Positions 8,510-17,604 of a stretch of 25,962 nucleotides of DNA are shown piece after piece. Position 1 is the stretch's first letter. Every line of letters starts with the position of its first letter. The stretch covers positions 1-25,962 of the forward strand of contig CAMAVZ010000027.1 of NCBI GenBank assembly GCA_945861645.1, read 5' to 3'. A program made the translations under genes and the position numbers. Under the pieces are notes generated by a model, which did no database searches, was not told the DNA's origin, and was given only the letters and a program-made list of their open reading frames with translations. This DNA is from Opitutus sp. GAS368. GTDB lineage: Bacteria > Verrucomicrobiota > Verrucomicrobiia > Opitutales > Opitutaceae.

Positions 8510-9795
8510 GAGCGATTGAGTTGGCGGGCCCCAATATCACGGCGAAAATAACGAGAACGACACTGAATCTGGTCGCAGGTCGCATACGCGCGCGCGGCTG
8601 CTTCGCGGAGCGTGGTGGCGAGGGACGTGACGCCCAGCACGCGGCCGCCATTAGTCACGATTTGCCCAGCAGGATTTTTGGCGGTGCCAGCATGATAAAT
8701 GCAAGTTTGCGGGGCGAGATCTGCGGCCGCGGGGAGCGTGATGACATCGCCTCGGTTAAAAGCCTCTGGGTAACCATGAGCTGCGATGACGACGCACAGC
8801 GCATAATCCGGTTTTACCTCAAGCGTGAAGTGGCGCAGTTGATTGGTGGCTGCAGCCCACAGGAGGGCGAGTAAATCAGTGGCGAGGCGCGGGAGTACGA
8901 CTTGAGTTTCGGGGTCGCCGAAGCGCGCGTTATATTCGATCACGCTGGGGCCTGCGGGGGTGAGCATGATGCCAATGAAAAGCGTGCCGCGATAATGCAT
9001 ACCTTCATCGGCAATGGCATTGACGGAAGGGCGGACGATTTCATTTTCGATTCGGGTGAGTAGCGCGGGGGTGACGACTTCCGCCGGAGAATAAGTGCCC
9101 ATGCCGCCGGTGTTGGGGCCGGTATCGCCATCGCCAATCCGCTTGTGATCCTGCGAGGTGGGTAAAATTACGTAATCTCGTCCTGCGACGACCACCAGCA
9201 GGGAGGTTTCTTCGCCCCAAAGGCAGTCCTCGATAAGAATGCGGCTACCCGCCGCGCCGAATTTATTCCCCGCCAGCATGTCATGAACCGCGGCCTCCGC
9301 TTCGGCCGATGATTGGGCGACCACGACCCCTTTGCCTGCGGCTAATCCATCCGCCTTGATAACGATAGGCGCAGAGCGCGAGCGTAGATAGTCTAAGGCA
9401 GGGCCAACTTGCGTAAAAAATCCCGCGGCCGCGGTGGGGATTTTATATTTTAAGAGAATTTCTTTGGTGAACGTTTTGGAAGCTTCGAGCCGGGCCCCAT
9501 CAGCCGTTGGGCCATAAACAGGAATACCTGCCGCCAGTAATTGATCGGCGAGCCCGAGCGACAGCGGCACTTCGGGGCCGACGACCACTAATTCGACGCG
9601 TTCCCGTTGGGCCAGCGCTACCAAGCCCGTGATATCATCCACCGGCACCGTAAAGCAGGTTACGGCTTCCGCGATCCCCGCATTGCCCGGTGCGCAGATT
9701 ACCCGCGGCTGGGTCGGCGAGGCGGTCAGTGATTTGACGAGTGCGTGTTCGCGTCCGCCGGAGCCGACAACAAGAACAGATTTGGGCAAAGGCAT
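8506..9795 (-). CDS. purD: phosphoribosylamine--glycine ligase
   Basis: Motifs VVGSGGREHAL, APGNAGI, VVVGPEVPL, VIKADGLAAGKGV, QDHKRIGDGDTGPNTGGMG, EYNARFGDPETQ and TNGGRVL. Confidence 0.98.
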   Translation of the reverse strand: MPLPKSVLVVGSGGREHALVKSLTASPTQPRVICAPGNAGIAEAVTCFTVPVDDITGLVALAQRERVELVVVGPEVPLSLGLADQLLAAGIPVYGPTADGARLEASKTFTKEILLKYKIPTAAAGFFTQVGPALDYLRSRSAPIVIKADGLAAGKGVVVAQSSAEAEAAVHDMLAGNKFGAAGSRILIEDCLWGEETSLLVVVAGRDYVILPTSQDHKRIGDGDTGPNTGGMGTYSPAEVVTPALLTRIENEIVRPSVNAIADEGMHYRGTLFIGIMLTPAGPSVIEYNARFGDPETQVVLPRLATDLLALLWAAATNQLRHFTLEVKPDYALCVVIAAHGYPEAFNRGDVITLPAAADLAPQTCIYHAGTAKNPAGQIVTNGGRVLGVTSLATTLREAAARAYATCDQIQCRSRYFRRDIGARQLNRS

Positions 9796-9907
9796 GAGGG
9801 AGGTGTTAGCGTTTAGCTCTCGGGCAACAAGATCTTACTGTCGGCAAAATTTTGAAAAAAATAATCGCTCAGGCGGGATCGTTTTGCCGGCAACGTCACT
9901 CGATCGA

Positions 9908-11815
9908 TTAAAGGACTTGCAGGGTCTTGCGATAGAATCTGACGACTTCGTCGGGATCGTCGGTGAAGAGAATGTAATCTACAATCCAGGCGGGTGCCCG
10001 TTTGGTGCGGATCATTTCGCGCAGTTGACGGCGCAGATCGCCCCAGAATTTCGAATTAAAGAAAACATAAGGCACGCGCGGCCGGATCCCGAGTTTGAGA
10101 TTGCACATCTCGATGCCAATTTCCTCGAGCGTGCCGACGCCGCCGACGTTGAAAATACAGAAATCGGCTGCTTCGAACCATTTTTGGCGAAAGTGCCGCG
10201 AGGTTTCCTGGAAGGTGTTAAAGAAATCCACCCCGAGTTCGGGGGGCTGAGCCTCCAGTTCGAGAAAGCACGCTCCGGTGAGCGCGCCTTTGCCGCGGGC
10301 CTGGTCAGTCGCTAGGCGCATAACCCCGCCGCCACCGCCGGTGAGTACGCCGACGTTGGGTCCGATAAAACCGGTCAATTGTTCGACGAGCCGAGTGATG
10401 CGATCGGTGTCCGCTTGTTCGATCCCCACGGCGGAACCATAAAAAGCGAGGATGGTGCTCTCTTGGAATTTGCGCGCCATTTCCTCGCGCACGAAGAAGC
10501 CGTGTTCTTTTTTATACGTATGCACATAGAGATCTTTGGTGACTTCGTCGTACCAATAAACCTGCACCCCAATGGCATTAAAGGTGTCGAGGCGCGCGTG
10601 GGCGTTGCTGGAGAGAAAATAACCGTGCGTGCGAGAGGCCTGACGGAAAATGATGCGTTTAAGTTTTACATCACCAATGCGCGTGAGGAGCTCGATGTGT
10701 TCTAGCAGGTCTGGAAAATAATTGATGATTAAGGTGTCGGCATCGCTAGGGGCAGCATCGAGAGCTTGAATCATCGTGCGACTGCCGATGGGGCAGGCCG
10801 CACTGGCTAGAAACTTTTTGAGATCTTCATTGGCGCGGACGAGGACGCTACGATTTTCCATCGTCGCACTTTGGCCGCGCACGGTGATCTTGGTTTTCGG
10901 GCGAGCCTCAGAGGTGTCGAGGGGCGGATTGCGATCAAGGCATTGGTAAAGGCTGCTGGCGGTGGACAGCAGTCTTTGGCGTTTCTTGGTGAGGGTTTTG
11001 ACCTCGGGATCGGTAAATGGGGGCGCGCGGAAAATATCTACCGAGACCATCGGATTAACCACGGGCTGGTCGCCGGTGTTATAAATTTCTAGCATGATAT
11101 TTGTGCCGAAAGTTTTAATGGGGTCGAGGAGCACCGCGCTCGTGTGGAGGCCAAAATTACCTTCGCCCTGATTCAGGACGACATAGTGTTCCTTCAGGTA
11201 CATGGAACAGCTGGTGAGAATGCCGGAGCGCGGGGGAATGGTCAGCGGCGAGGCGTCGTGGCGAATCTGCACCTTATCGAGGAAATTGCGCCCCGCGTTG
11301 CCGCTGACGATGAGCTCAAAATTCAGCCGCTGCAGGCGCGGCGAGAGGGTGTAGTTAACTTGGTGCGGCGTCAGAAAAACGCGGCCGCGGGAATCGATGC
11401 TAATCGTATTAGGCAGTTTGAGATCGTTGGCTCTGATCGCGGCCCAGATCTCAGCGCTCGAAAGTTTAGCGGCCGCCGGCGCGTAGAAAAGTCGGCCGAC
11501 CGGTGATCCGGGACGGAGAAGTTTTTTCCAATAGGCGGCGTTGGGGAAGTTGGCGTCGTAAATGAAAGCGTCAGCGGATAACAAGAGGCGATGACCGTCG
11601 ACGGTAGGTGGTCCTTGGAGATGCATCTCGATCCCGATGCGGGCGAGTGAGCTGCGTTCGGTGAAATGGAGGTCCGCCAGGTGCGCCTGGAGGAATTCCA
11701 TTTCGGCTGGATGGCGCGGCCAGAAGACGAGGGTCAGGGCAACTTTGTCGCCGCCGCGGTTCTTAACCGTGAGGATCTGGCCATCCGTACTGTGCCAGAA
11801 TTGGTTTTCGTTCAT
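9908..11815 (-). CDS. LOG/SLOG-family nucleotide monophosphate nucleosidase-like protein with a long N-terminal region containing dCTP deaminase-like motifs
   Basis: C-terminal LOG motifs FYGS, LTGGGGGVM, FRQKWF..ADF and VGGVGTLEE. N-terminal RSSLARIGI, LRPGSPVGRLF and LDP..FG..IMLEIYNTG. ATG 11815 is preferred over TTG 11854. Confidence 0.75.
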   Translation of the reverse strand: MNENQFWHSTDGQILTVKNRGGDKVALTLVFWPRHPAEMEFLQAHLADLHFTERSSLARIGIEMHLQGPPTVDGHRLLLSADAFIYDANFPNAAYWKKLLRPGSPVGRLFYAPAAAKLSSAEIWAAIRANDLKLPNTISIDSRGRVFLTPHQVNYTLSPRLQRLNFELIVSGNAGRNFLDKVQIRHDASPLTIPPRSGILTSCSMYLKEHYVVLNQGEGNFGLHTSAVLLDPIKTFGTNIMLEIYNTGDQPVVNPMVSVDIFRAPPFTDPEVKTLTKKRQRLLSTASSLYQCLDRNPPLDTSEARPKTKITVRGQSATMENRSVLVRANEDLKKFLASAACPIGSRTMIQALDAAPSDADTLIINYFPDLLEHIELLTRIGDVKLKRIIFRQASRTHGYFLSSNAHARLDTFNAIGVQVYWYDEVTKDLYVHTYKKEHGFFVREEMARKFQESTILAFYGSAVGIEQADTDRITRLVEQLTGFIGPNVGVLTGGGGGVMRLATDQARGKGALTGACFLELEAQPPELGVDFFNTFQETSRHFRQKWFEAADFCIFNVGGVGTLEEIGIEMCNLKLGIRPRVPYVFFNSKFWGDLRRQLREMIRTKRAPAWIVDYILFTDDPDEVVRFYRKTLQVL

Positions 11816-11990
11816 GGGATTGGCTAGCTTTAGGGGGGGAGCGCTGACTGACAAGCTTGCGCTGGCGTGGTTCCGGCCGTGATTTTTCTAGCCAAAGGGG
11901 TTGATTTTTAATTGAGGTTCTCCAAGTTCCGACGTTTTTAACGGCACAAAATCACTCGGGCCGTTTCTCAACCGAGTTTACCCATACGAT

Positions 11991-12776
11991 ATGAAATTCC
12001 CATCCAAGCTCACGGCCGCTCTCTTCGGCCTCGTTCTCCTCAACGCTGCTTCTGCGGAAGATGCGGTTAAATTTAACGTTCCCGGCGTGGCCGTCAGTCC
12101 CACCGCCGCGGCTAAACCAGCGGCCCCCAAGTTCACCGAGGCGCAAATTGCCGAGGCCTATGGTTGGTACATGGGCGGACAAATGGGCTTGCGCCAAATG
12201 GAATTCACGCAGGCGCAAGTCGAAGCCATGGCGCGCGGCCTGATTGGGGCAGCGGCCGGCGGTCAGCCCTCTTTTGATGCGAAAGCTATCGGACCTGAGG
12301 TTGAAGCTTTCTTGGGCAAGAAAAATGAAGCCTTCATGACCAAATTGCGTTACCAGAATATGGCGGCGAGCACGGCCTTCTTTGAGCAACTTAAGGAAAA
12401 TAAAAACGTGGTCTCCCTTTCCAGCGGGCTGCGTTATGAGATCGTGAAGGCAGGTACGGGGGCGATGCCGCAACCCGGTCAACTGCTCACCATTCATTAT
12501 ACGGGGGCACTCGTTTCTGGCCAGATTTTCGACAATACGCGTGAGCGCGGTCAGCCGGCTGAACTCGTGTTACAGGATGGCGTCGTGATTCCCGGCATGT
12601 TCGAGGGCATGCAGAAAATTGGCATCGGTGGCACGATCAAGCTCTACATTCCGCCCTCGTTGGCTTACGGCGATCAGGGCAGCCAAGTGATTCCTCCGGG
12701 CGCGACACTCATCTTCGAGATCGAAGTGTTGAGCGCCAAGGAAGGACCGAAGGTGCCTGCTCCCGCGGCTAAATAA
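11991..12776 (+). CDS. periplasmic FKBP-type peptidyl-prolyl cis-trans isomerase (FkpA/Mip-like)
   Basis: Signal peptide; N-terminal helical dimerisation region; FKBP motifs SGLRYEI, IHYTGAL..GQIFD, VIPGMFEG, LYIPPSLAYG and IPPGATLIFEIEVL. Confidence 0.93.
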   Translation: MKFPSKLTAALFGLVLLNAASAEDAVKFNVPGVAVSPTAAAKPAAPKFTEAQIAEAYGWYMGGQMGLRQMEFTQAQVEAMARGLIGAAAGGQPSFDAKAIGPEVEAFLGKKNEAFMTKLRYQNMAASTAFFEQLKENKNVVSLSSGLRYEIVKAGTGAMPQPGQLLTIHYTGALVSGQIFDNTRERGQPAELVLQDGVVIPGMFEGMQKIGIGGTIKLYIPPSLAYGDQGSQVIPPGATLIFEIEVLSAKEGPKVPAPAAK

Positions 12777-12806
12777 GCCGGCGCGAGTTAAATTAATTTT
12801 GCCGAC

Positions 12807-12836
12807 AAAGCGCTTCCCGCAAGGGAGGCGCTTTTT
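12807..12836. terminator. intrinsic terminator, probably bidirectional, between the convergent FKBP and threonine aldolase genes
   Basis: AAAGCGCTTCCC-GCAA-GGGAGGCGCTTT: a 12-bp stem with one G-U pair, a GNRA loop, a T-run on the + side and an A-run on the other side. Confidence 0.85.
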
Positions 12837-13923
12837 ATTGTTTGGCTGAAGCGGCTGCTGGGCTGAGGACGGCGCGTAATTCAGCCGCGAATTGATCAAC
12901 AATGGCGGGAGTGGTGGCCCACGAACACATCAGGCGGTAACCATGTTCTCCAATGAAACGATAAAAATGCCAGCCACGGGCCCACATCGTTTCAGCGGCG
13001 GCGGTCGGTAGTTCGACAAAGAGACCGTTCACGGCAGGTGCGGTGATGAATTTTAATTGCGGCAGTGGGCGGAGTGCGGCGGCGAGGCGCTGCGTCATCG
13101 CGTTGGCGTGCGCGGCATGCTTGAGCCATGCGCCGGTCTCGAGCATGCCGACCCATTGGGCACTGGCGAACCGCTGCTTGGAGGCGAGTTGGGCCGCTTG
13201 CTTCACGCGGTAGTCGAATTCACGGGCCAGCTCGCGATTAAAGAAGACCACGGCTTCGGTGCTGTTCATGCCATTTTTAGTCCCGCCAAAGCTGAGCACG
13301 TCCACTCCCGCCCGCCAGGTGAAGTCGGCTGGGCTGATGCCGCGAGCCGCTAAGGCCGCGGCGGCGTTGGCGAAGCGGGCGCCGTCCATTTGCAGGGTCA
13401 GCTGGTGTTTTTTGGCCACGGCACTGAGCGCCCTGACTTCGTCGGGGGTATACAGTGTACCCCACTCAGTGGACTGCGTGAGCGAAAGTGCGCCGGCCTT
13501 AGAGTAGTGTACATCGGCGCGTTTGAGCGCTACCCGTTCGACATCAGTCGGCAGCAATTTTCCGTCAGGTCCAGCGACAGAGATGATTTTGGTCCCGCCG
13601 GTAAAAAATTCCGGCGCCGCGCATTCATCGTTATCTAAATGGGAATATTGATGACAGATGACGCTATGGTAACTGCGGCATAAGGCGGCTAGCGATAGGG
13701 CATTGGCGGCCGTGCCGTTGAAAATAAAATGAATGTCGCAGTTGGTTTCGAAAATATCGCGAATGAGAATTTTCGCGCGCTGCGTCCAGTCATCCTGCCC
13801 GTAGGAGGGCGCCGCTCCCTGATTGGCCGCATTCAGGGCGCTCAGGGCTTCCGGCGCCATCCCAGCTGTATTATCGCTAGCAAAACTGTAATCGTGGTGA
13901 ACTGCATGATCAGGGGAGGGCAT
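12835..13923 (-). CDS. ltaE: low-specificity L-threonine aldolase (PLP-dependent beta-eliminating lyase family)
   Basis: Motifs FASDNTAG, YGQDDWT, FNGTAANAL, DECAAPEFF, MDGARFANA, PLP-lysine SFGGTKNG and RLMCSWAT. Confidence 0.9.
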   Translation of the reverse strand: MPSPDHAVHHDYSFASDNTAGMAPEALSALNAANQGAAPSYGQDDWTQRAKILIRDIFETNCDIHFIFNGTAANALSLAALCRSYHSVICHQYSHLDNDECAAPEFFTGGTKIISVAGPDGKLLPTDVERVALKRADVHYSKAGALSLTQSTEWGTLYTPDEVRALSAVAKKHQLTLQMDGARFANAAAALAARGISPADFTWRAGVDVLSFGGTKNGMNSTEAVVFFNRELAREFDYRVKQAAQLASKQRFASAQWVGMLETGAWLKHAAHANAMTQRLAAALRPLPQLKFITAPAVNGLFVELPTAAAETMWARGWHFYRFIGEHGYRLMCSWATTPAIVDQFAAELRAVLSPAAASAKQ

Positions 13924-14078
13924 GGCGTTACAGGATAGAATTATTATCTAGCCTTGAACAGGGTGAATTTATTCAAGGCCCGCGCGGTGACCAACTAGCG
14001 ATGGGCGCGGCGCAGGCGTCGCGGCCCTTAACCCGTTCTTGCACCCGTGACTTTCGCGGTGTTCGTTAGGTGCAACGA

Positions 14079-14615
14079 ATGACTGTTGCGAATCTCAATC
14101 TCTACCTTGTGGGGTTCATGGGTACGGGTAAAAGTACCATTGGCCGATTGCTGGCGCGGCAGCTCAATTTTCAATTTCTCGACAGCGATCACGAAATCGA
14201 GCGGACGCAAGGCAAGGCGGTGACGCAGATTTTTGCGGAGGAAGGGGAGGCTAAATTTCGTGAACTCGAACTGGCTTTTATTGAGCACGGTCATCCGACG
14301 CAGGGTTGCATTGTCGCCTGTGGCGGTGGCTTGGTGGTACCTCCGGGGCGCCGAGAATTGCTGAAGAGTCGTGGAATGGTGATTTGTTTGCACGCCTCGG
14401 TTGAGACTATTCTGGAACGAACCTTGCACACCAACCACCGCCCGCTGCTGCAAGTGGCGGATCCCGCGGAACGGGTGCGCACGCTTTATGCCCAGCGCGA
14501 AGCAATTTATCGTGGAATGGGGACCATGGTGCTGACGGATCATCGGTCCATGAAGGAAATCGCGGCACACGTCCTGCGGGTTTATCGGCAAGAGGCTCGG
14601 TCGACAAAATCATGA
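14079..14615 (+). CDS. aroK: shikimate kinase
   Basis: Walker A GFMGTGKST, plus FLDSDHEIE, GEAKFRELE, ACGGG and RPLL. Start is ATG 14079 (alternative GTG 14070). Confidence 0.95.
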   Translation: MTVANLNLYLVGFMGTGKSTIGRLLARQLNFQFLDSDHEIERTQGKAVTQIFAEEGEAKFRELELAFIEHGHPTQGCIVACGGGLVVPPGRRELLKSRGMVICLHASVETILERTLHTNHRPLLQVADPAERVRTLYAQREAIYRGMGTMVLTDHRSMKEIAAHVLRVYRQEARSTKS

Positions 14616-15823
14616 CAGCCAGTGCGGGCGCAGCGGTAACCGGTGAGCGCCGCGAGCTGCTGCGTCGCCGATTGCAGGCTTTGGGTTTTGATGAAGTGCG
14701 TTTTGCGGCGGTGACATCCTTTGGTCGCGCCGGGCTGGCGCCATGGTTAGATCAAGGGCTGCAGGCGGATATGGCGTGGATGGAGCGAACCAAAGAAAAG
14801 CGGCTCAATCCCGATCTCGTCTTAGCGGGGGCGCGCACCGTTATTATTTTGGGCGTGAATTATGGGTCGCCCGCTGAGCGGCAAGCGCTCGCGGCCGCCG
14901 CGGGTGAAATGGGAAAGCCTGCGCGCGCTCCCGTTTGGGCGCGTTATGCGCTGCACGCTGATTATCATGATACGATCAAGCCAGGGCTAGCCGCAGCTGG
15001 GCGAGTGCTCGAGGAGATGGGCGGACTGGCCGCGACCGATTATCGTTACTCTGTCGATACGGGTCCTGTGTTGGAACGTGGCTGGGCCGCGCGCAGCGGT
15101 TTGGGTTTTCGCGGGAAAAATGCGATGCTGATCTCCAAGCAGCACGGGAATTGGCTTTTGCTCGCTTCGATCCTGACGCGTTGGGAGATCGCGGCTGATG
15201 AGCCGCTCCGCAAGAAACTGCCAACGCCTGACCAACTTGAGCCAACCGGTTTGCTGTGTGGAAAGTGTACGCGTTGTCTCGACGCGTGCCCCACCGCGGC
15301 CTTTGCGCAACCGGGGGTGATAGATGCGCGCCGCTGCATTTCCTATCACACGATTGAAAATAAGGGGATTATTCCCCGCGAATTGCGGCGCGGGATTGGC
15401 GCCCGCATTTATGGTTGCGATGTTTGTTTGGAGGTTTGCCCGTGGAATCGTTTCGCTCTGGCTGGTCGGCGGATGTTGCTCAGCGCGCGGGGGGATATTG
15501 CCGAGCTTGATTTAGGGGAGATTCTTGCCCTCACCCCACTGCGTTTTGCCGAGATTTTTAAAGGCACCGCCATCAAGCGACTCAAATTGGTTGGTCTCCT
15601 GCGTAATGCCTGCATCGTGGCGGCTAATACGGGCGCGGCTGATTTATTGCCGACCCTTCAGTCACTCGCCGCGCAGGCCTCGCCGATCGTTCGCGCTCAT
15701 GCGGTGTGGGCCGTGCAACAATTGGCCGGGGCGGCCTCGGCGCGGACGAGGCTCGCAGTCGCTCGATCGCGTGAAACTGATCCACTGGTTTTGGCGGAAT
15801 ATGATCAGGGCGCCGGTGACTAG
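14612..15823 (+). CDS. queG: tRNA epoxyqueuosine(34) reductase
   Basis: Motifs ARYA...DYH, VDTGPVLER..A.RSGLG..GKN, CGKCTRCLDACPT, RCISYHTIE, YGCDVCLEVCPWN and RNA; HEAT-like tail VRAHAVWA. ATGA overlap with aroK. Confidence 0.95.
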   Translation: MTASAGAAVTGERRELLRRRLQALGFDEVRFAAVTSFGRAGLAPWLDQGLQADMAWMERTKEKRLNPDLVLAGARTVIILGVNYGSPAERQALAAAAGEMGKPARAPVWARYALHADYHDTIKPGLAAAGRVLEEMGGLAATDYRYSVDTGPVLERGWAARSGLGFRGKNAMLISKQHGNWLLLASILTRWEIAADEPLRKKLPTPDQLEPTGLLCGKCTRCLDACPTAAFAQPGVIDARRCISYHTIENKGIIPRELRRGIGARIYGCDVCLEVCPWNRFALAGRRMLLSARGDIAELDLGEILALTPLRFAEIFKGTAIKRLKLVGLLRNACIVAANTGAADLLPTLQSLAAQASPIVRAHAVWAVQQLAGAASARTRLAVARSRETDPLVLAEYDQGAGD

Positions 15824-15840
15824 GCCGCGCAGGTCCAAAC

Positions 15841-16251
15841 TTAAGCTGCGGGCGGAAAATAGGCGCGCATTTTTTCGGTAAAGAGAGCCGGCGGGCGGAC
15901 GGGCTCGCCGGCTTTATTAATGAAGCCGTGGACGGTGAAGCCGGTGACGAGGAGGTCGTCACCACGACGAATTTCGTAATCAAGCCTGATGCGCAGCAGG
16001 GGACGCTCATGTAGCCGCGTAATGATCGTCACGGTATCGTCGTAGAGCGCTGGTTTGGCGAATTTCACCCCGAGTTCAACCACTGGCAGGAGATATCCCT
16101 GCGCTTCCAGTTCGCGGTAGGGCAGGCCGCATTCTTTGAGCAGCGTGGTGCGACCGACCTCAAACCAGGGCAAATAATTTCCGTGATAGACGATACCCAT
16201 CATATCAGTTTCAGCGTAGCGTACGGTGATCTGGGTGCGCGATTCGATCAT
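15841..16251 (-). CDS. YbgC/FadM-family acyl-CoA/acyl-ACP thioesterase (4HBT hotdog fold)
   Basis: Motif VRYAETDMMGIVYHGNYLPWFEVGRT and KPALYDD. Start set at ATG 16251, 4 nt after the upstream GT stop. Confidence 0.9.
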   Translation of the reverse strand: MIESRTQITVRYAETDMMGIVYHGNYLPWFEVGRTTLLKECGLPYRELEAQGYLLPVVELGVKFAKPALYDDTVTIITRLHERPLLRIRLDYEIRRGDDLLVTGFTVHGFINKAGEPVRPPALFTEKMRAYFPPAA

Positions 16252-16255
16252 GGGC

Positions 16256-17434
16256 TTAGGCGGTAAGGTTCGGATTGGTGGGTTGGCCGAGCAAAGATTG
16301 CACCGCATCGGTCCACGTATGGCGAATTGCTCGGATGCGACCAGCTTCGCCCAGACGGTGGCGCAGGGCGGGGTCGGCGATGAGTTGGGCAAAAGCGGCC
16401 GTCAGTGCGGCGATGTCGCCGGGGGCGACCAGCAAGCCAGTTTCTCCATGCGCCACGGCCTCGGGTACGCCGCCGATAGCGTGCGCAATAATCGGGAGGC
16501 CATGCGCGCCGGCTTCGAGATACACGAGGCCAAAGCCCTCGATGCTTTGTCTGTGCGGCATGCTCGTCATCGCAAAGATATCGGCTTGAGCATAAATATC
16601 ACTCAGTTGGTCATCGGGAATATCGCCTAGAAATTTTACCGGAAAATCTGCCTCCTGCGCAGCGGTGGTGAGTGCGTCGTCGTACTTATCATTGCCGTGC
16701 GATCCGACGAGCCAGTATTCAAGTGAGGCGCGCTGATCGGCCGGCAGCGCTTGGAGCGCGGCGATGACTTGCAGCTGGCCTTTCCGTGGGTTGAGGCGGG
16801 CCACGGTCAGGATGATCGTTTTGGGCTTGGGGTGGGGCCGCCTTTCTAGCGCGCACGAGGAGAGATCAGTGCGCAGGGCCCCTGGAGTAATCACGGCTTT
16901 AGTTACCGCGGCGGGAAAATGTTGGCGTAGGAGGTCCAGCGCAAAGGCGCTTACTACGCCAATCCGGGTGGCCTTGCGTAGGAGATGGGTGGTGCTCCAG
17001 CGCAAAATCCAACGGGAGGCTAACCATTGAATTTCTGACCCATGAAAGGTGAGCACGAGTTGCGCTGGCTTTAGGCGATCGAAATATTGCAAAAAAAGCA
17101 GGGCGAGGAGGGGGCCGGGCTCAGGCACATACAAAATTGCAGATCGCAAGCGCTGACGATTGGCGATGAGTCGTCGAGCCATGCGCCATTGGCTCAATAA
17201 ACTGTGGTTGCCGGCCATGGGCAGGCGTTCGATCTGATAGTTGCGCGGTAATTCGAGCACACCTGGCGGAAGGGCTGGGGCCCAGACTTCGACCGCATAG
17301 CCTAAATCTCGGGCAGCTCGTGCCATCTCGGTGGCATAGACCGCGATACCCCCGCGGTGGGGAAAGAATTCATGGGTAACCAGAATCAGCGGCTCGTTAT
17401 GCTGAGTGGGTTTTTTGAGGGGGGGGCGCGACAT
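16256..17434 (-). CDS. GT4 (GT-B retaining) glycosyltransferase, PimB'-like
   Basis: Motifs EFFPHRGGI, TFHGSE, LTVARLNPRKG and the EX7E motif IEGFGLVYLEA. Confidence 0.9.
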   Translation of the reverse strand: MSRPPLKKPTQHNEPLILVTHEFFPHRGGIAVYATEMARAARDLGYAVEVWAPALPPGVLELPRNYQIERLPMAGNHSLLSQWRMARRLIANRQRLRSAILYVPEPGPLLALLFLQYFDRLKPAQLVLTFHGSEIQWLASRWILRWSTTHLLRKATRIGVVSAFALDLLRQHFPAAVTKAVITPGALRTDLSSCALERRPHPKPKTIILTVARLNPRKGQLQVIAALQALPADQRASLEYWLVGSHGNDKYDDALTTAAQEADFPVKFLGDIPDDQLSDIYAQADIFAMTSMPHRQSIEGFGLVYLEAGAHGLPIIAHAIGGVPEAVAHGETGLLVAPGDIAALTAAFAQLIADPALRHRLGEAGRIRAIRHTWTDAVQSLLGQPTNPNLTA

Positions 17435-17604
17435 CAGTCGAATTAGGATGATTAAATCAGAGAGCGACTACTGAGGGATGACCCAAAAATGAAGTCGGAT
17501 GTGGCCCCGTAAACATCAGCAAGTCAATCGGCTAAACTGGGGGGGCGGCACAGAGGGCTATCTTTTGGGTTTACAAAATCCCGACCTTCCCATTGATTAC
17601 TTAA

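Noticed and set aside
9629-10315. 228-aa plus-strand ORF
   Set aside because: Antisense shadow spanning purD and the LOG gene, with no recognisable motifs.
11952-12497. 181-aa minus-strand ORF
   Set aside because: Antisense to the well-supported FKBP gene.
14028-14591. 187-aa minus-strand ORF
   Set aside because: Antisense to aroK, with no motifs.
16252-16392. 47-aa N-terminal extension of the thioesterase
   Set aside because: It overlaps the GT4 3' end; the family-typical start is MIESRT at 16251.
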